Notes: generated by a model from the letters alone, not told the origin. A stretch of DNA of 64,000 nt from a virus (IMGVR_UViG_3300029305_004466), one strand, 5' to 3'. Counted from the first letter of the stretch, positions 20,043-28,450 are shown. Numbers and translations: made by a program.

Positions 20043-20516
20043 ATGGAAAAAACAAAAGAATTGTGTAGCAAGATATACATGCATTGGTTCTTAGAAGAAA
20101 TGAAAGACCCCAAAATGCCTTACAAAGAAATTGATGAGGAATTTCTACAGAACTCTTTTATCACAAAGATTCTTCTTACAAAATTTAAATCGTTTGATGT
20201 TGATATTCATTTACCAATGCCTCTGTTAGCATTATTATCATTGTGTACAGATGAAAATCCGGGCATGTCTCAAATCATTCTTAAGGATTTACTTAATAGC
20301 ATTAAATCACGCATGGGAGCTATACCAAAAGGCTACGTTATTACGTCTACAGATTTTGCTTTTTGTTTCCCAAATAGTTTCCCTATAATTGCTAACGAGC
20401 AAATTTATGAGAAGTATATTAAATTATGGGATGGACAAAAACGTGAAAGACCAAATGAAATGGCAAGTGATAACTTGTGTGACACACCTGAATGGTGGAA
20501 AGAGGTTATGCAATGA
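20043..20516 (+). CDS. hypothetical protein
   Basis: GAAAGGA RBS before ATG 20043. Confidence 0.7.
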   Translation: MEKTKELCSKIYMHWFLEEMKDPKMPYKEIDEEFLQNSFITKILLTKFKSFDVDIHLPMPLLALLSLCTDENPGMSQIILKDLLNSIKSRMGAIPKGYVITSTDFAFCFPNSFPIIANEQIYEKYIKLWDGQKRERPNEMASDNLCDTPEWWKEVMQ

Positions 20517-20698
20517 AAAGAAAAGTAAACAGGTTTTTTAAGGCATTGTTGGCGGGGACAGCTGTTTTTGCAATAGCTACAACATTCGCATTACTTATTA
20601 GCTATTTTGTTAAGAACTCTTCAGCGATAGGCATCTTAGGAGTGATATTCATTCTTGTATTGGTAGTCGGTTATGCCTTAACTTCAGACCTGCCTTAA
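20513..20698 (+). CDS. small membrane protein (2 TM)
   Basis: two hydrophobic segments; ATGA overlap with upstream gene. Confidence 0.65.
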   Translation: MKRKVNRFFKALLAGTAVFAIATTFALLISYFVKNSSAIGILGVIFILVLVVGYALTSDLP

Positions 20699-20836
20699 AT
20701 AAAAAGGAGGAAAAGAGTATGAAAAAGAAGGATAAGAAACGCAAATGGAGTAATCGTGATAACATATTTGTTATTACAGCTATAATAATCCTGATAATTT
20801 CGACTGCACTAATTATTATACGTTAGGAGAAAAAAC

Positions 20837-21343
20837 ATGGCGATAATGGGTGAATGGATTCCGCATTGTGGATTCAAATCAAAAGCTGATGCTCACAAAG
20901 TAGCGTTAGAGCTTGAAAGCATCGGATATGATAATGGCACCGATGAATTTAATACACAAGAAATTGTAGATTTTGCACGTAATAATCCCACTTGTGAAAT
21001 TCATAAGTTATTAGAATGGGACGATAAAATAGCTGCTGAAGCTCATCGTAATGAGCAAGCGAGAGAGATTCTTCGTTTTCTTAAAATCACTGTTGTAACA
21101 ACACAGGAAGACAATCCAGTATTTCAGCCAACAAAAGTAAGATACTTTGTTAATACTGGTAAACATGATGGAACATATAAGAAAACTGAAGTCGTATTCC
21201 AGAATGCTAGTGAAGCAGACAGAATTATGGAAGGTATGAGGCGTGATGCTGAGAATTTTATTAACAGATATCAGATTTATGCTCATCTTAATCCGAATAT
21301 TCCTGCTGCTATTCAGGCATTACAAGCAGTAATCAATCCTTAA
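20837..21343 (+). CDS. conserved phage protein (EWDD..AAE..R..QAR family), putative accessory of the adjacent RAMP system
   Basis: IVDFARNNPTCEIHKLLEWDDKIAAEAHRNEQAREIL; abuts the pentamer array. Confidence 0.75.
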   Translation: MAIMGEWIPHCGFKSKADAHKVALELESIGYDNGTDEFNTQEIVDFARNNPTCEIHKLLEWDDKIAAEAHRNEQAREILRFLKITVVTTQEDNPVFQPTKVRYFVNTGKHDGTYKKTEVVFQNASEADRIMEGMRRDAENFINRYQIYAHLNPNIPAAIQALQAVINP

Positions 21344-21357
21344 TAAGTTGATGTTTT

Positions 21358-21952
21358 CTCTTGCATATATATTGGCTTAAATGCCAATGACAATAAGGCA
21401 ATTCATTGCACATAATTTCATAACAGGACAGCACAAAATACGTCAACATAGGCTAAGACATGTTAGCTCACATGGCTCTTTTGAGCCAATATATATGTAA
21501 GAGAGGACAGGACAACTCAGTGCATTTTACCACAATGAATGACAATCTATAACATGACAGAGGGGCGAGGACACTCGCCCCATTTTTATAAGTATAAATA
21601 TTGGCTTTAATTAGTCAATGAATATATTACAATACAAATGCACGATAGCTTAATACTGAACAGAATAGCATAATGCATGATACAATAAAACACATGGCTC
21701 TTAGAGCCTTTATTTATGCTTATAAATAGTAGGATTATGAATACATATATTGGCTTTAATGGTCAATGAAAACAAAATAAGTAAGCTGATTATTGTACAG
21801 AACAGCCCAGCCCACTACAAAACAGTACAGGACAAAACAAATGGCTCTTAGAGCCTTTATATGTGTTCATAAACACAAGCACAAAGACAGCAGAATACAT
21901 GTCAGTGCAACATAGGATATTACAAAACATTTAAATCCTATCAAAAGATAGG
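21358..21952 (+). ncRNA. array of structured guide-like RNAs containing five pentamer (NN+NYA) repeat tracts
   Basis: three cassettes (21358-21503, 21586-21725, 21735-21872), each outer stem + ATTGGC hairpin + CAATGA + 14-16 pentamers + ATGGCTCTT..GAGCC hairpin; extra tracts at 21505-21559 and 21873-21929. Confidence 0.85.
21562..21587 (+). terminator. intrinsic terminator within the array
   Basis: GGGGCGAG/CTCGCCCC stem + ATTTTT. Confidence 0.7.
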
Positions 21953-21970
21953 TAGAAGGAGACACACATT

Positions 21971-22645
21971 ATGGCAACAAAGAAAAACACAACCCCAGAA
22001 GTACAGGTAGTAGAAACTGAATTACAGAATAAGATTCGTTTCGCTACAGCAACAATCACCATTCAGGGTGATAGCGATTTAATTCTTAACAAGATGAGAG
22101 ACAGTACTACACAGCAGCTTGCAGATAAGCAGGAAGGTAAAGTACAGGGTACTAAGGCTCCTGTTAATATGTATGAGCATCTTGTTGGTTCTATTCACTG
22201 GTTAAAGGGTGAAGAAACTAACTATACAGAAGAAGGATGGAAAAATGCATTAGCAAACAATACTCCGGGTTATCCATCTTCTGGTTTAAAGAAAGCTCTT
22301 TGCGATGCAGTTGTTCGTGTATTAGGTGAAACATATAGCACGAAATTTAATGCAAATATGCAGATTCTTGATAGTTTCCTGCCGATTAAGTTTGCGGCAA
22401 GCACATATGATAAGTCTTTATTTAGTCCACAGAAGGGCAGTCCTGTCCTTTGTTACAGAAATGTATTCAAAGACTGGGAAACAACTTTCACAATCAAGTA
22501 CATTCCAGATAACTATTCTCTGGACCAGATTCTTGAAGTTATCAATTGTGCAGGCTTTGCATGTGGTATTGGTAGCCACAGACCATCTAGTAAGGGCGGT
22601 TCCAATGGTATGTTCCATGTAGCAAAGGTTGTAGAAATGGTATAG
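21971..22645 (+). CDS. stand-alone RAMP/Cas7-like RNA-binding protein
   Basis: N-terminal beta strand (ATITIQGDSDL), PGYPSSGLKKAL (compare RAMP IPGSSLKGAL), C-terminal glycine-rich loop GFACGIGSHRPSSKGGSNGMFHV. Confidence 0.8.
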   Translation: MATKKNTTPEVQVVETELQNKIRFATATITIQGDSDLILNKMRDSTTQQLADKQEGKVQGTKAPVNMYEHLVGSIHWLKGEETNYTEEGWKNALANNTPGYPSSGLKKALCDAVVRVLGETYSTKFNANMQILDSFLPIKFAASTYDKSLFSPQKGSPVLCYRNVFKDWETTFTIKYIPDNYSLDQILEVINCAGFACGIGSHRPSSKGGSNGMFHVAKVVEMV

Positions 22646-22652
22646 GTGTTTT

Positions 22653-23111
22653 ATGGCTGATTCAAAGAAAAGATTATATTCAAGAGAAACCATTAACAAG
22701 CATTACAGCGATTTTATTGAACAGGTAAAAACTTATAATGAAAAAGGCTTTCCTGATAAAATACTTGATGTTGTTATTTTTGGTTCGTACATTAATACAA
22801 ACAACCCTAAAATGCACGACTTGGATATAGGAATAAGATTTGAAAAACATCCAGAACTGTATGAGGATTACAAAAAGAAAATGTCAAAAGAGCAATTGGA
22901 GAAATATGCAAACAGATGTTTTTTGGACAGATTAGTAATACCTCATACAGAGGAAATTAGATTTTTAAAAGCAAAGCATGGAACTATTTCTCTATATGAT
23001 ATTGATTATGACAAAGAATATATCTTTAATGATAAACATTTGTACATAGTAAAAAATGGCGAGCTAATAGAAGATGCATTACCTATTCCTTTGAATTTGC
23101 AAACCAAATAA
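22653..23111 (+). CDS. minimal nucleotidyltransferase (Pol-beta superfamily)
   Basis: VVIFGSY...DLDIGI motif. Confidence 0.8.
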   Translation: MADSKKRLYSRETINKHYSDFIEQVKTYNEKGFPDKILDVVIFGSYINTNNPKMHDLDIGIRFEKHPELYEDYKKKMSKEQLEKYANRCFLDRLVIPHTEEIRFLKAKHGTISLYDIDYDKEYIFNDKHLYIVKNGELIEDALPIPLNLQTK

Positions 23112-23119
23112 GGTGAAAA

Positions 23120-23332
23120 ATGATGAGTATTAACAAAAACCGTTATATAGGAAAAAAGATAGGTTTTTATTACGACAGTAAAAAAGCCGTACATGAAGTA
23201 GAAGCTATTATAAAAGACGTAAGTATTTTAGGTATACTGGTAAGAGTTACCAAAAGTAGTAATGTATTTTACAATGTAAGCAACCAGTATCTTATTCCGC
23301 TAAATGCAAGTTTTGTATACAAATTCTTATAA
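23120..23332 (+). CDS. hypothetical protein
   Basis: AAGGTG RBS. Confidence 0.6.
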   Translation: MMSINKNRYIGKKIGFYYDSKKAVHEVEAIIKDVSILGILVRVTKSSNVFYNVSNQYLIPLNASFVYKFL

Positions 23333-23342
23333 GGAGGTACAT

Positions 23343-23591
23343 ATGTCACCGATTGAAATTCAGGAAATCACAAACAGAGTAAATGCTATGACTGAAGAAG
23401 AACAGGTTTTAGTCGCTTCTCTGTTACCTGTACAGCTTATGTTAGATGCAATTAATGCTAAGTATAACGCTGTTGCAGATGAATTAGATGAAATGAACGA
23501 ACTCATGAGAATTAAGAATAACCAGATTACAAGAGCAGCAGGTACTACAAGAACACTTACACATGTTCTTAATGAAATAGCGGCTGGTTAA
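23343..23591 (+). CDS. hypothetical protein
   Basis: AAGGAGG RBS before ATG 23343. Confidence 0.7.
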   Translation: MSPIEIQEITNRVNAMTEEEQVLVASLLPVQLMLDAINAKYNAVADELDEMNELMRIKNNQITRAAGTTRTLTHVLNEIAAG

Positions 23592-23598
23592 ATTTCTG

Positions 23599-23627
23599 TT
23601 GACACAAAATGTTACAAGCATTATAAT
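23599..23627 (+). promoter_or_regulatory. consensus sigma-A promoter with ACAAAATGTTACA operator in the spacer
   Basis: TTGACA-17-TATAAT. Confidence 0.8.
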
Positions 23628-23858
23628 GTCATTATCCTTAATATGAGTTCATGAATTGGTTACTGTAATGCTCAGTATTAAATCATGGTTGCCTCTCGAT
23701 TGGCATTAAAAGGTCAGCCATAGCCAAAAACATTTCTACCTATCAGGTGGGTTAGGGGATTATCCCCGCTTACTAAAAAACTTTTGTACGCTGGAAGTTC
23801 CGTAGGGGTGTCTGTTAGCTTAGGGCGAAACAGAGGGTAGTTTATAAAGCGTACACCT

Positions 23859-23931
23859 TGGGCTATCGCCAAGCGGTAAGGCACAGCACTTTGACTGCTG
23901 CATTTCGTTGGTTCAAATCCAACTAGCCCAG
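23859..23931 (+). tRNA. tRNA-Gln(TTG)
   Basis: TGGGCTA/TAGCCCA acceptor, loop CTTTGAC. Confidence 0.9.
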
Positions 23932-24059
23932 TTCGAGATGAAAATCTCGCAGAAACCTTTATTATGTTGTTTGTTGATTAATAATATAATTCGTGTTTCT
24001 ACTTCCTTTCTGGCAGGGGCGTGTATAACGCCCCAATTTTATTATATGGAGGACATATC

Positions 24060-24497
24060 ATGAATGTTGAAGAATACATAAAACAACATGATGAAATAAA
24101 TTATTGTGAAGCTATTATTTATCCTGATGGTACTATAGAAGATGCTATTCCAAGTCATTTAGAAAAACTTAAAAAGATAACTAATCTACCAAGAAAAGTT
24201 CTTAATAAGATGATGCCTATGAATGCTTCTCCGGTAGATTGGTTATTAGGATATACAAAATGTATAGCAGTATGGTGGGGATTGTTTAAATACGATTCTA
24301 TAACACCTGAACAGTTAAATACCATCCAAGAATTAGTAAACCATGGAGTTATGCATGAACTTTCAAGAGGGTATGAAACAGATGAATATTTAAGATGTGC
24401 ATTAATTGATAAGTATTACAAAGGTGAAATATCATTTGAGGATATACCAGATAAGAGAAATGGAAAAATTTGCGTTACAAAGCAGACAACCACTTGA
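24060..24497 (+). CDS. conserved phage hypothetical protein
   Basis: GGAGG RBS; INYCEAII.PDG.I..AIPSH. Confidence 0.75.
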   Translation: MNVEEYIKQHDEINYCEAIIYPDGTIEDAIPSHLEKLKKITNLPRKVLNKMMPMNASPVDWLLGYTKCIAVWWGLFKYDSITPEQLNTIQELVNHGVMHELSRGYETDEYLRCALIDKYYKGEISFEDIPDKRNGKICVTKQTTT

Positions 24498-24635
24498 CAT
24501 TATTTTCTTATAGGATTAATATAATAGTGGTTCGTTTGGTTGCATTTTTCATTTTTGGTATCTCCCTTCAATCCCCCTCTGCCGATTTCTTCGGTTAGAG
24601 GGGGATTTACTTTTATTAAATTTAGGAGGATAAAT

Positions 24636-24905
24636 ATGATAGATGTTTACTATGCTTTTGAAACAGAAAACAAACTTAGAGAGCCAGCATTAGTCTGGGT
24701 AGAAAAGTATTTTTATGACAAGTTTGGCTACTTCGATGATGGTGGTACAAATTTTGACAAAATAAATGATGCACTTTTGGACATTGGATGCTATGAACTT
24801 ATGGAAGCATGTTCAGGGATGCCAATGTCAGAAGAAGCAATGGTTTCTGCAATGCAGCTTAAAGGTTTTAATATGATTTTCAATCCAAATATTTTAGGAG
24901 GTTAA
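24636..24905 (+). CDS. hypothetical protein
   Basis: AGGAGG RBS before ATG 24636. Confidence 0.7.
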   Translation: MIDVYYAFETENKLREPALVWVEKYFYDKFGYFDDGGTNFDKINDALLDIGCYELMEACSGMPMSEEAMVSAMQLKGFNMIFNPNILGG

Positions 24906-24906
24906 T

Positions 24907-25257
24907 ATGGGAAGAAAAAATAATCGTTTAGTTGCAATACCAGATAAGAAATTTGACAAGTTTGTTAAATCTTTTATGGAAGAACAAAGGCAACAAAAAG
25001 AAGAAAAAGAACACAGAAGACCAATTTATTTCAGACCAGAACAAGATTACAGAAAAGAACGTCTTGAATATGCTATTCAGCAGTTAGAAGCTAATGGTAT
25101 TCCTTATCATGTTATTAACGAAGAAAAAACATTTATGGAATGTCAGAGAAAAAATTATCCTAATCAATGGATTAAATTCTATGCATCTTCAGGATACATT
25201 ATGGGTTCTGAATCCAGAGGTATTAGGTCATTAATCAATTTATTATTGGAGGTATAA
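24907..25257 (+). CDS. hypothetical protein
   Basis: AGGAGG RBS. Confidence 0.7.
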   Translation: MGRKNNRLVAIPDKKFDKFVKSFMEEQRQQKEEKEHRRPIYFRPEQDYRKERLEYAIQQLEANGIPYHVINEEKTFMECQRKNYPNQWIKFYASSGYIMGSESRGIRSLINLLLEV

Positions 25258-25259
25258 TT

Positions 25260-25637
25260 ATGGTTTCATTTAAAGATTTAACTCCAGAAGAACAGCAATC
25301 TATACTTGCTGAAGCTCGTGAAATGGTTGAACAGGAAAACATTCAAAAGAATGCCAGAGCTGTGTTCGCTCAGAAGAAAAAAGAACTTACCGAAAAGAAT
25401 TTAGATGAGATTTATAAGGAATTTCATATTCTTGCTACTTCACATAAAAAGGCAATGCAACAGAAATATGTAGGTATGGTAAATATGCTTTACAGAATGA
25501 ATCGTATGGGACTTAGAGGCATTGATGCAACTGGTATAAATCAGATTACTACTCAGAGTGAATGGTTTGATTATGAGCAGATTGCAAATGCAACTAAGGA
25601 TTACATTATTTCATGTCATAAAAAGTTCATACCGTAG
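25260..25637 (+). CDS. hypothetical protein
   Basis: GGAGG RBS. Confidence 0.7.
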   Translation: MVSFKDLTPEEQQSILAEAREMVEQENIQKNARAVFAQKKKELTEKNLDEIYKEFHILATSHKKAMQQKYVGMVNMLYRMNRMGLRGIDATGINQITTQSEWFDYEQIANATKDYIISCHKKFIP

Positions 25638-25645
25638 GAGGAAAT

Positions 25646-25825
25646 ATGCTTAGTAATGTACTTACTGCCATTGGGATTGTTCTTGCAATTCCAGTGGCTT
25701 CTTTATTGTCTATATTTTTATTTTGTTGTTTAAAGGCATTAGTCGCTAAAGAAATTGAAAATATGGACAAAGAATTTGAACTTATCAACAATTTACTTAC
25801 AAACGAGGAGGTGCAAAATGGCTGA
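25646..25825 (+). CDS. small membrane protein (59 aa)
   Basis: AGGAGG RBS, N-terminal TM segment. Confidence 0.55.
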   Translation: MLSNVLTAIGIVLAIPVASLLSIFLFCCLKALVAKEIENMDKEFELINNLLTNEEVQNG

Positions 25826-26087
25826 TACTAACATTGTTACGTTAAATACTAGCTCTTATAATCAGATAAAGAGCGATAACTTCCGTTTGGAAATGTTCGT
25901 AGAAAACATTTTACTTAATGCAAGATTATCTGATGACCATCAGAAACTTGAATTTGATAGTGATGATATTGTTACGGCATTAAATTTCTGTTTTGCAGAA
26001 AGATACAAAAAGAAGTTAGCTTATCTTAAAACACAATACAATCGTAATGGACTCTCAACTAAGAAGGAGGAAGAAGAAAATGGCTAA
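25818..26087 (+). CDS. hypothetical protein
   Basis: GAGGAGG RBS before ATG 25818. Confidence 0.7.
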   Translation: MADTNIVTLNTSSYNQIKSDNFRLEMFVENILLNARLSDDHQKLEFDSDDIVTALNFCFAERYKKKLAYLKTQYNRNGLSTKKEEEENG

Positions 26088-26532
26088 ATACAATATTTAT
26101 GCAGTTGCCTATGGTTTAGACCCAAAAACTAAAGAACCAGTAAGTGGTCTTAAATTCCGTGCTTGGGACGAATGTAAGCCTTATATTACTGGCGTTGAAG
26201 GAGCTAAATTTAAAGGCTTTTTAACTGAGGCTGAAGCTGATGTATGGTTAGCTAAAACAGCAGAAGTACAGACCGAAAAAGAGCCAATTAAAAAGACAGT
26301 TTCTGGTTCTTATGAGATGGACGCAGATAATATCAAGAAAGTAACAAAAGCATTGGAAGAGAATTATAACTCTTCTTGTACTAGCTTGTTACCTGATTTC
26401 GCTAAGACATGTGAAGAACTTGGTGTTAATCCTGTTTCTGTAGCATTAGCATTACAGATGCAGTTTGTTTCTCAGCAGAAGCTTTTAAAGACAATGAAAG
26501 CTACCGCTGAATCAGACTTACCATTTATTTAA
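26080..26532 (+). CDS. RNase H1 N-terminal hybrid-binding (viroplasmin-like) domain protein
   Basis: YAVAYG...WDECKPYITGVEGAKFKGFLTEAEA. Confidence 0.75.
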   Translation: MAKYNIYAVAYGLDPKTKEPVSGLKFRAWDECKPYITGVEGAKFKGFLTEAEADVWLAKTAEVQTEKEPIKKTVSGSYEMDADNIKKVTKALEENYNSSCTSLLPDFAKTCEELGVNPVSVALALQMQFVSQQKLLKTMKATAESDLPFI

Positions 26533-26546
26533 AGGAGGGTAAACCA

Positions 26547-26756
26547 ATGGCAACCAAATGTGCTAGTTGTGTACACGAAGAAGTGTGCAGATACAGAGAG
26601 AACATGATAAAGTTCGAAGACCATATCAAAGAACAGACTAAGCTTATGGAATTCAGTAATTTTTCAGCAGATGTTAAATGTAATAACTTCAAATCTAAAA
26701 CAACTAAGGAAGAAGGAGTTACCATCCCGGCATTCATGCGTCCAATGGGAGGTTGA
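26547..26756 (+). CDS. small Cys-rich protein
   Basis: CASCVHEEVC; AGGAGG RBS. Confidence 0.65.
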   Translation: MATKCASCVHEEVCRYRENMIKFEDHIKEQTKLMEFSNFSADVKCNNFKSKTTKEEGVTIPAFMRPMGG

Positions 26757-26757
26757 G

Positions 26758-27129
26758 ATGGCATTTAATTTTTCTACCTTAACAAAAATCGCTAAAGCAG
26801 TATTACAAGAATCTGGTATGAGTATGACAAGATTTGCTAAAATGCATAATCTACCATTTGGTAATATACAAAGAATGTTGAATCAAGATTATGATTACAG
26901 AATTTATTGTGACAATATGTATATTTTGATTAAAGAATTAAGTACGATTCCTGCAATTCAGAACCGTACTTTTGACTTTACACCATTTGTTACAGAGCCA
27001 GATGGACCAGAAATGATTGGATATTTCTTAGGTATTGCATACAGTGAAGACTTGGGGAAACTTTATACCAAAATTCAACTTACTGACCATATTAATGCGT
27101 TGACTGAAATTTTACGCAAAGTACAATAG
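26758..27129 (+). CDS. possible XRE-like HTH protein
   Basis: GMSMTRFAKMHNLPFGNIQRML; GGGAGG RBS. Confidence 0.55.
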   Translation: MAFNFSTLTKIAKAVLQESGMSMTRFAKMHNLPFGNIQRMLNQDYDYRIYCDNMYILIKELSTIPAIQNRTFDFTPFVTEPDGPEMIGYFLGIAYSEDLGKLYTKIQLTDHINALTEILRKVQ

Positions 27130-27139
27130 GAGGCTAATA

Positions 27140-27322
27140 ATGGGAAAGAAAATTCAACAGTTTATATGCAGAGATATTGATAACTTGGTAGTAATCGAAG
27201 ATAGTGTTAACAAATTTATGGAAAAACATAATGTACTTGATATTAAAGTAAATGTTGTTAATACCAATATTCGTTATGGAGATTTTGCTATCATCTATAC
27301 AGTGGTTTATCAAGATGAATAA
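27140..27322 (+). CDS. small hypothetical protein
   Basis: AGGAGG RBS. Confidence 0.6.
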   Translation: MGKKIQQFICRDIDNLVVIEDSVNKFMEKHNVLDIKVNVVNTNIRYGDFAIIYTVVYQDE

Positions 27323-27593
27323 ACCTGTAATAGGAGTTATTGGTAATCATGATGGAGTAAGACAAACATTGTCTGAAATGATAAAATCCAATGACCCTGA
27401 TTATCAAATAGTTCTTGATGAAGAACCATATATACCAAGAAAAAGAGTATGCTGTAACTGTGGTAATAACAAAAGAATCAAAGACGATAAAGGTATGGTT
27501 ATTGAAAACAGATGTGCTATTGATAACCATTACATAGGTTATTGTGAATGTTTTGACCACTGGTGTAACCGATGGAGAAAAGAAAGAAATTAA
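27315..27593 (+). CDS. Cys-rich hypothetical protein
   Basis: overlaps upstream stop; CCNC...C...C..C. Confidence 0.6.
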   Translation: MNKPVIGVIGNHDGVRQTLSEMIKSNDPDYQIVLDEEPYIPRKRVCCNCGNNKRIKDDKGMVIENRCAIDNHYIGYCECFDHWCNRWRKERN

Positions 27594-27615
27594 AAACAAG
27601 CAAATATGCTAGTGC

Positions 27616-27660
27616 AAAAGGACACAGTTTCCCCTACGAAAGGGGTGGAACTGTGTCCTT
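27616..27660 (-). terminator. intrinsic terminator
   Basis: AAGGACACAGTT/AACTGTGTCCTT stem; U-tract on the minus strand. Confidence 0.7.
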
Positions 27661-28327
27661 AAAACTTTATGCAAACATGCCATTAGCTTTTGGACAGTAT
27701 CTTCAGTCTGTATGACTCCTGATTCGTCTTCTCCTCAGGTACAGCGAATACCCAAACCTGTACAACACCCCCGTACAGGCAGACCCCTAAGTAATAACAA
27801 CCACTATATGCATCCATATAGGCTCCTGTGTTAAAACTATCCTTGGAATCAAGGTATAAGTCCCCATAAAAGGCGTTCCCTTAAACTACTCGAAACACCA
27901 GCCCTTGTTTATTCGGAAAGAAAAGGTCAAAGCTAGGAACCTCTCATCTACGCATGTAAGATACGCCATAACGTAGGGAACGGGATTTTCTGAATAGGCT
28001 CTCGTTTATCCACCACCGTTTTTTGTATCTGAGTTCGTCCTCTCAGTCATTTATTATACAGGTTCATTCCTGTCATACACAAACGAATAACAATAAGTTA
28101 TCAAAATGGGTGGCATAACTCTTATCGGTGGTGCTCCCCGTACCGTCATTTTCCTGTTAGGTTGGATTTTATATGCAGCTTCAGGATTATCTACATACTG
28201 ATAAGTTTATCACTAATCATTTTTGATGTGTATAATTTCTGCTATGTATACCCATGTCTGGGTAATTAAAAATAGTAGAGCAAGCCCCGGACATGGACCT
28301 ACTCTACTATTTTTAAGGAGAACTTTA

Positions 28328-28356
28328 TTGACACCATCAAATGTTAGTGGTATAAT
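28328..28356 (+). promoter_or_regulatory. consensus sigma-A promoter
   Basis: TTGACA-17-TATAAT with extended TG. Confidence 0.8.
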
Positions 28357-28362
28357 TTACTC

Positions 28363-28434
28363 AAATAGTTACTGAACAGGTGCGTGTTCGGTTTCTATAT
28401 CCTCTAACAATTGCAGTTGTTAGAGGATTTTTTT
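28363..28434 (+). ncRNA. ~72 nt small RNA, cis-antisense to the 5' end of the minus-strand transcript
   Basis: lies between the perfect promoter and terminator ATCCTCTAACAA/TTGTTAGAGGAT-T tract. Confidence 0.65.
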
Positions 28435-28450
28435 ATGCTCTTTTATTAGG

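Larger units (their letters stand above)
27615..28444 (-). ncRNA. putative large minus-strand noncoding RNA (~830 nt)
   Basis: minus-strand promoter at 28451-28479, terminator hairpin at 27616-27660, no ORF >=60 aa on the minus strand, G-rich on the minus strand. Confidence 0.5.

Noticed and set aside
21391-21929. Simple microsatellite or short coding repeats
   Set aside because: Positions 1-2 of the pentamers are diverse while 4-5 are constrained, the tracts are bounded by conserved hairpins, and period 5 does not fit coding
21358-21952. Canonical CRISPR array
   Set aside because: No identical 25-40 bp repeats with unique spacers; the variable tracts are 55-80 nt with internal 5-nt periodicity; no cas1/cas2 in the window
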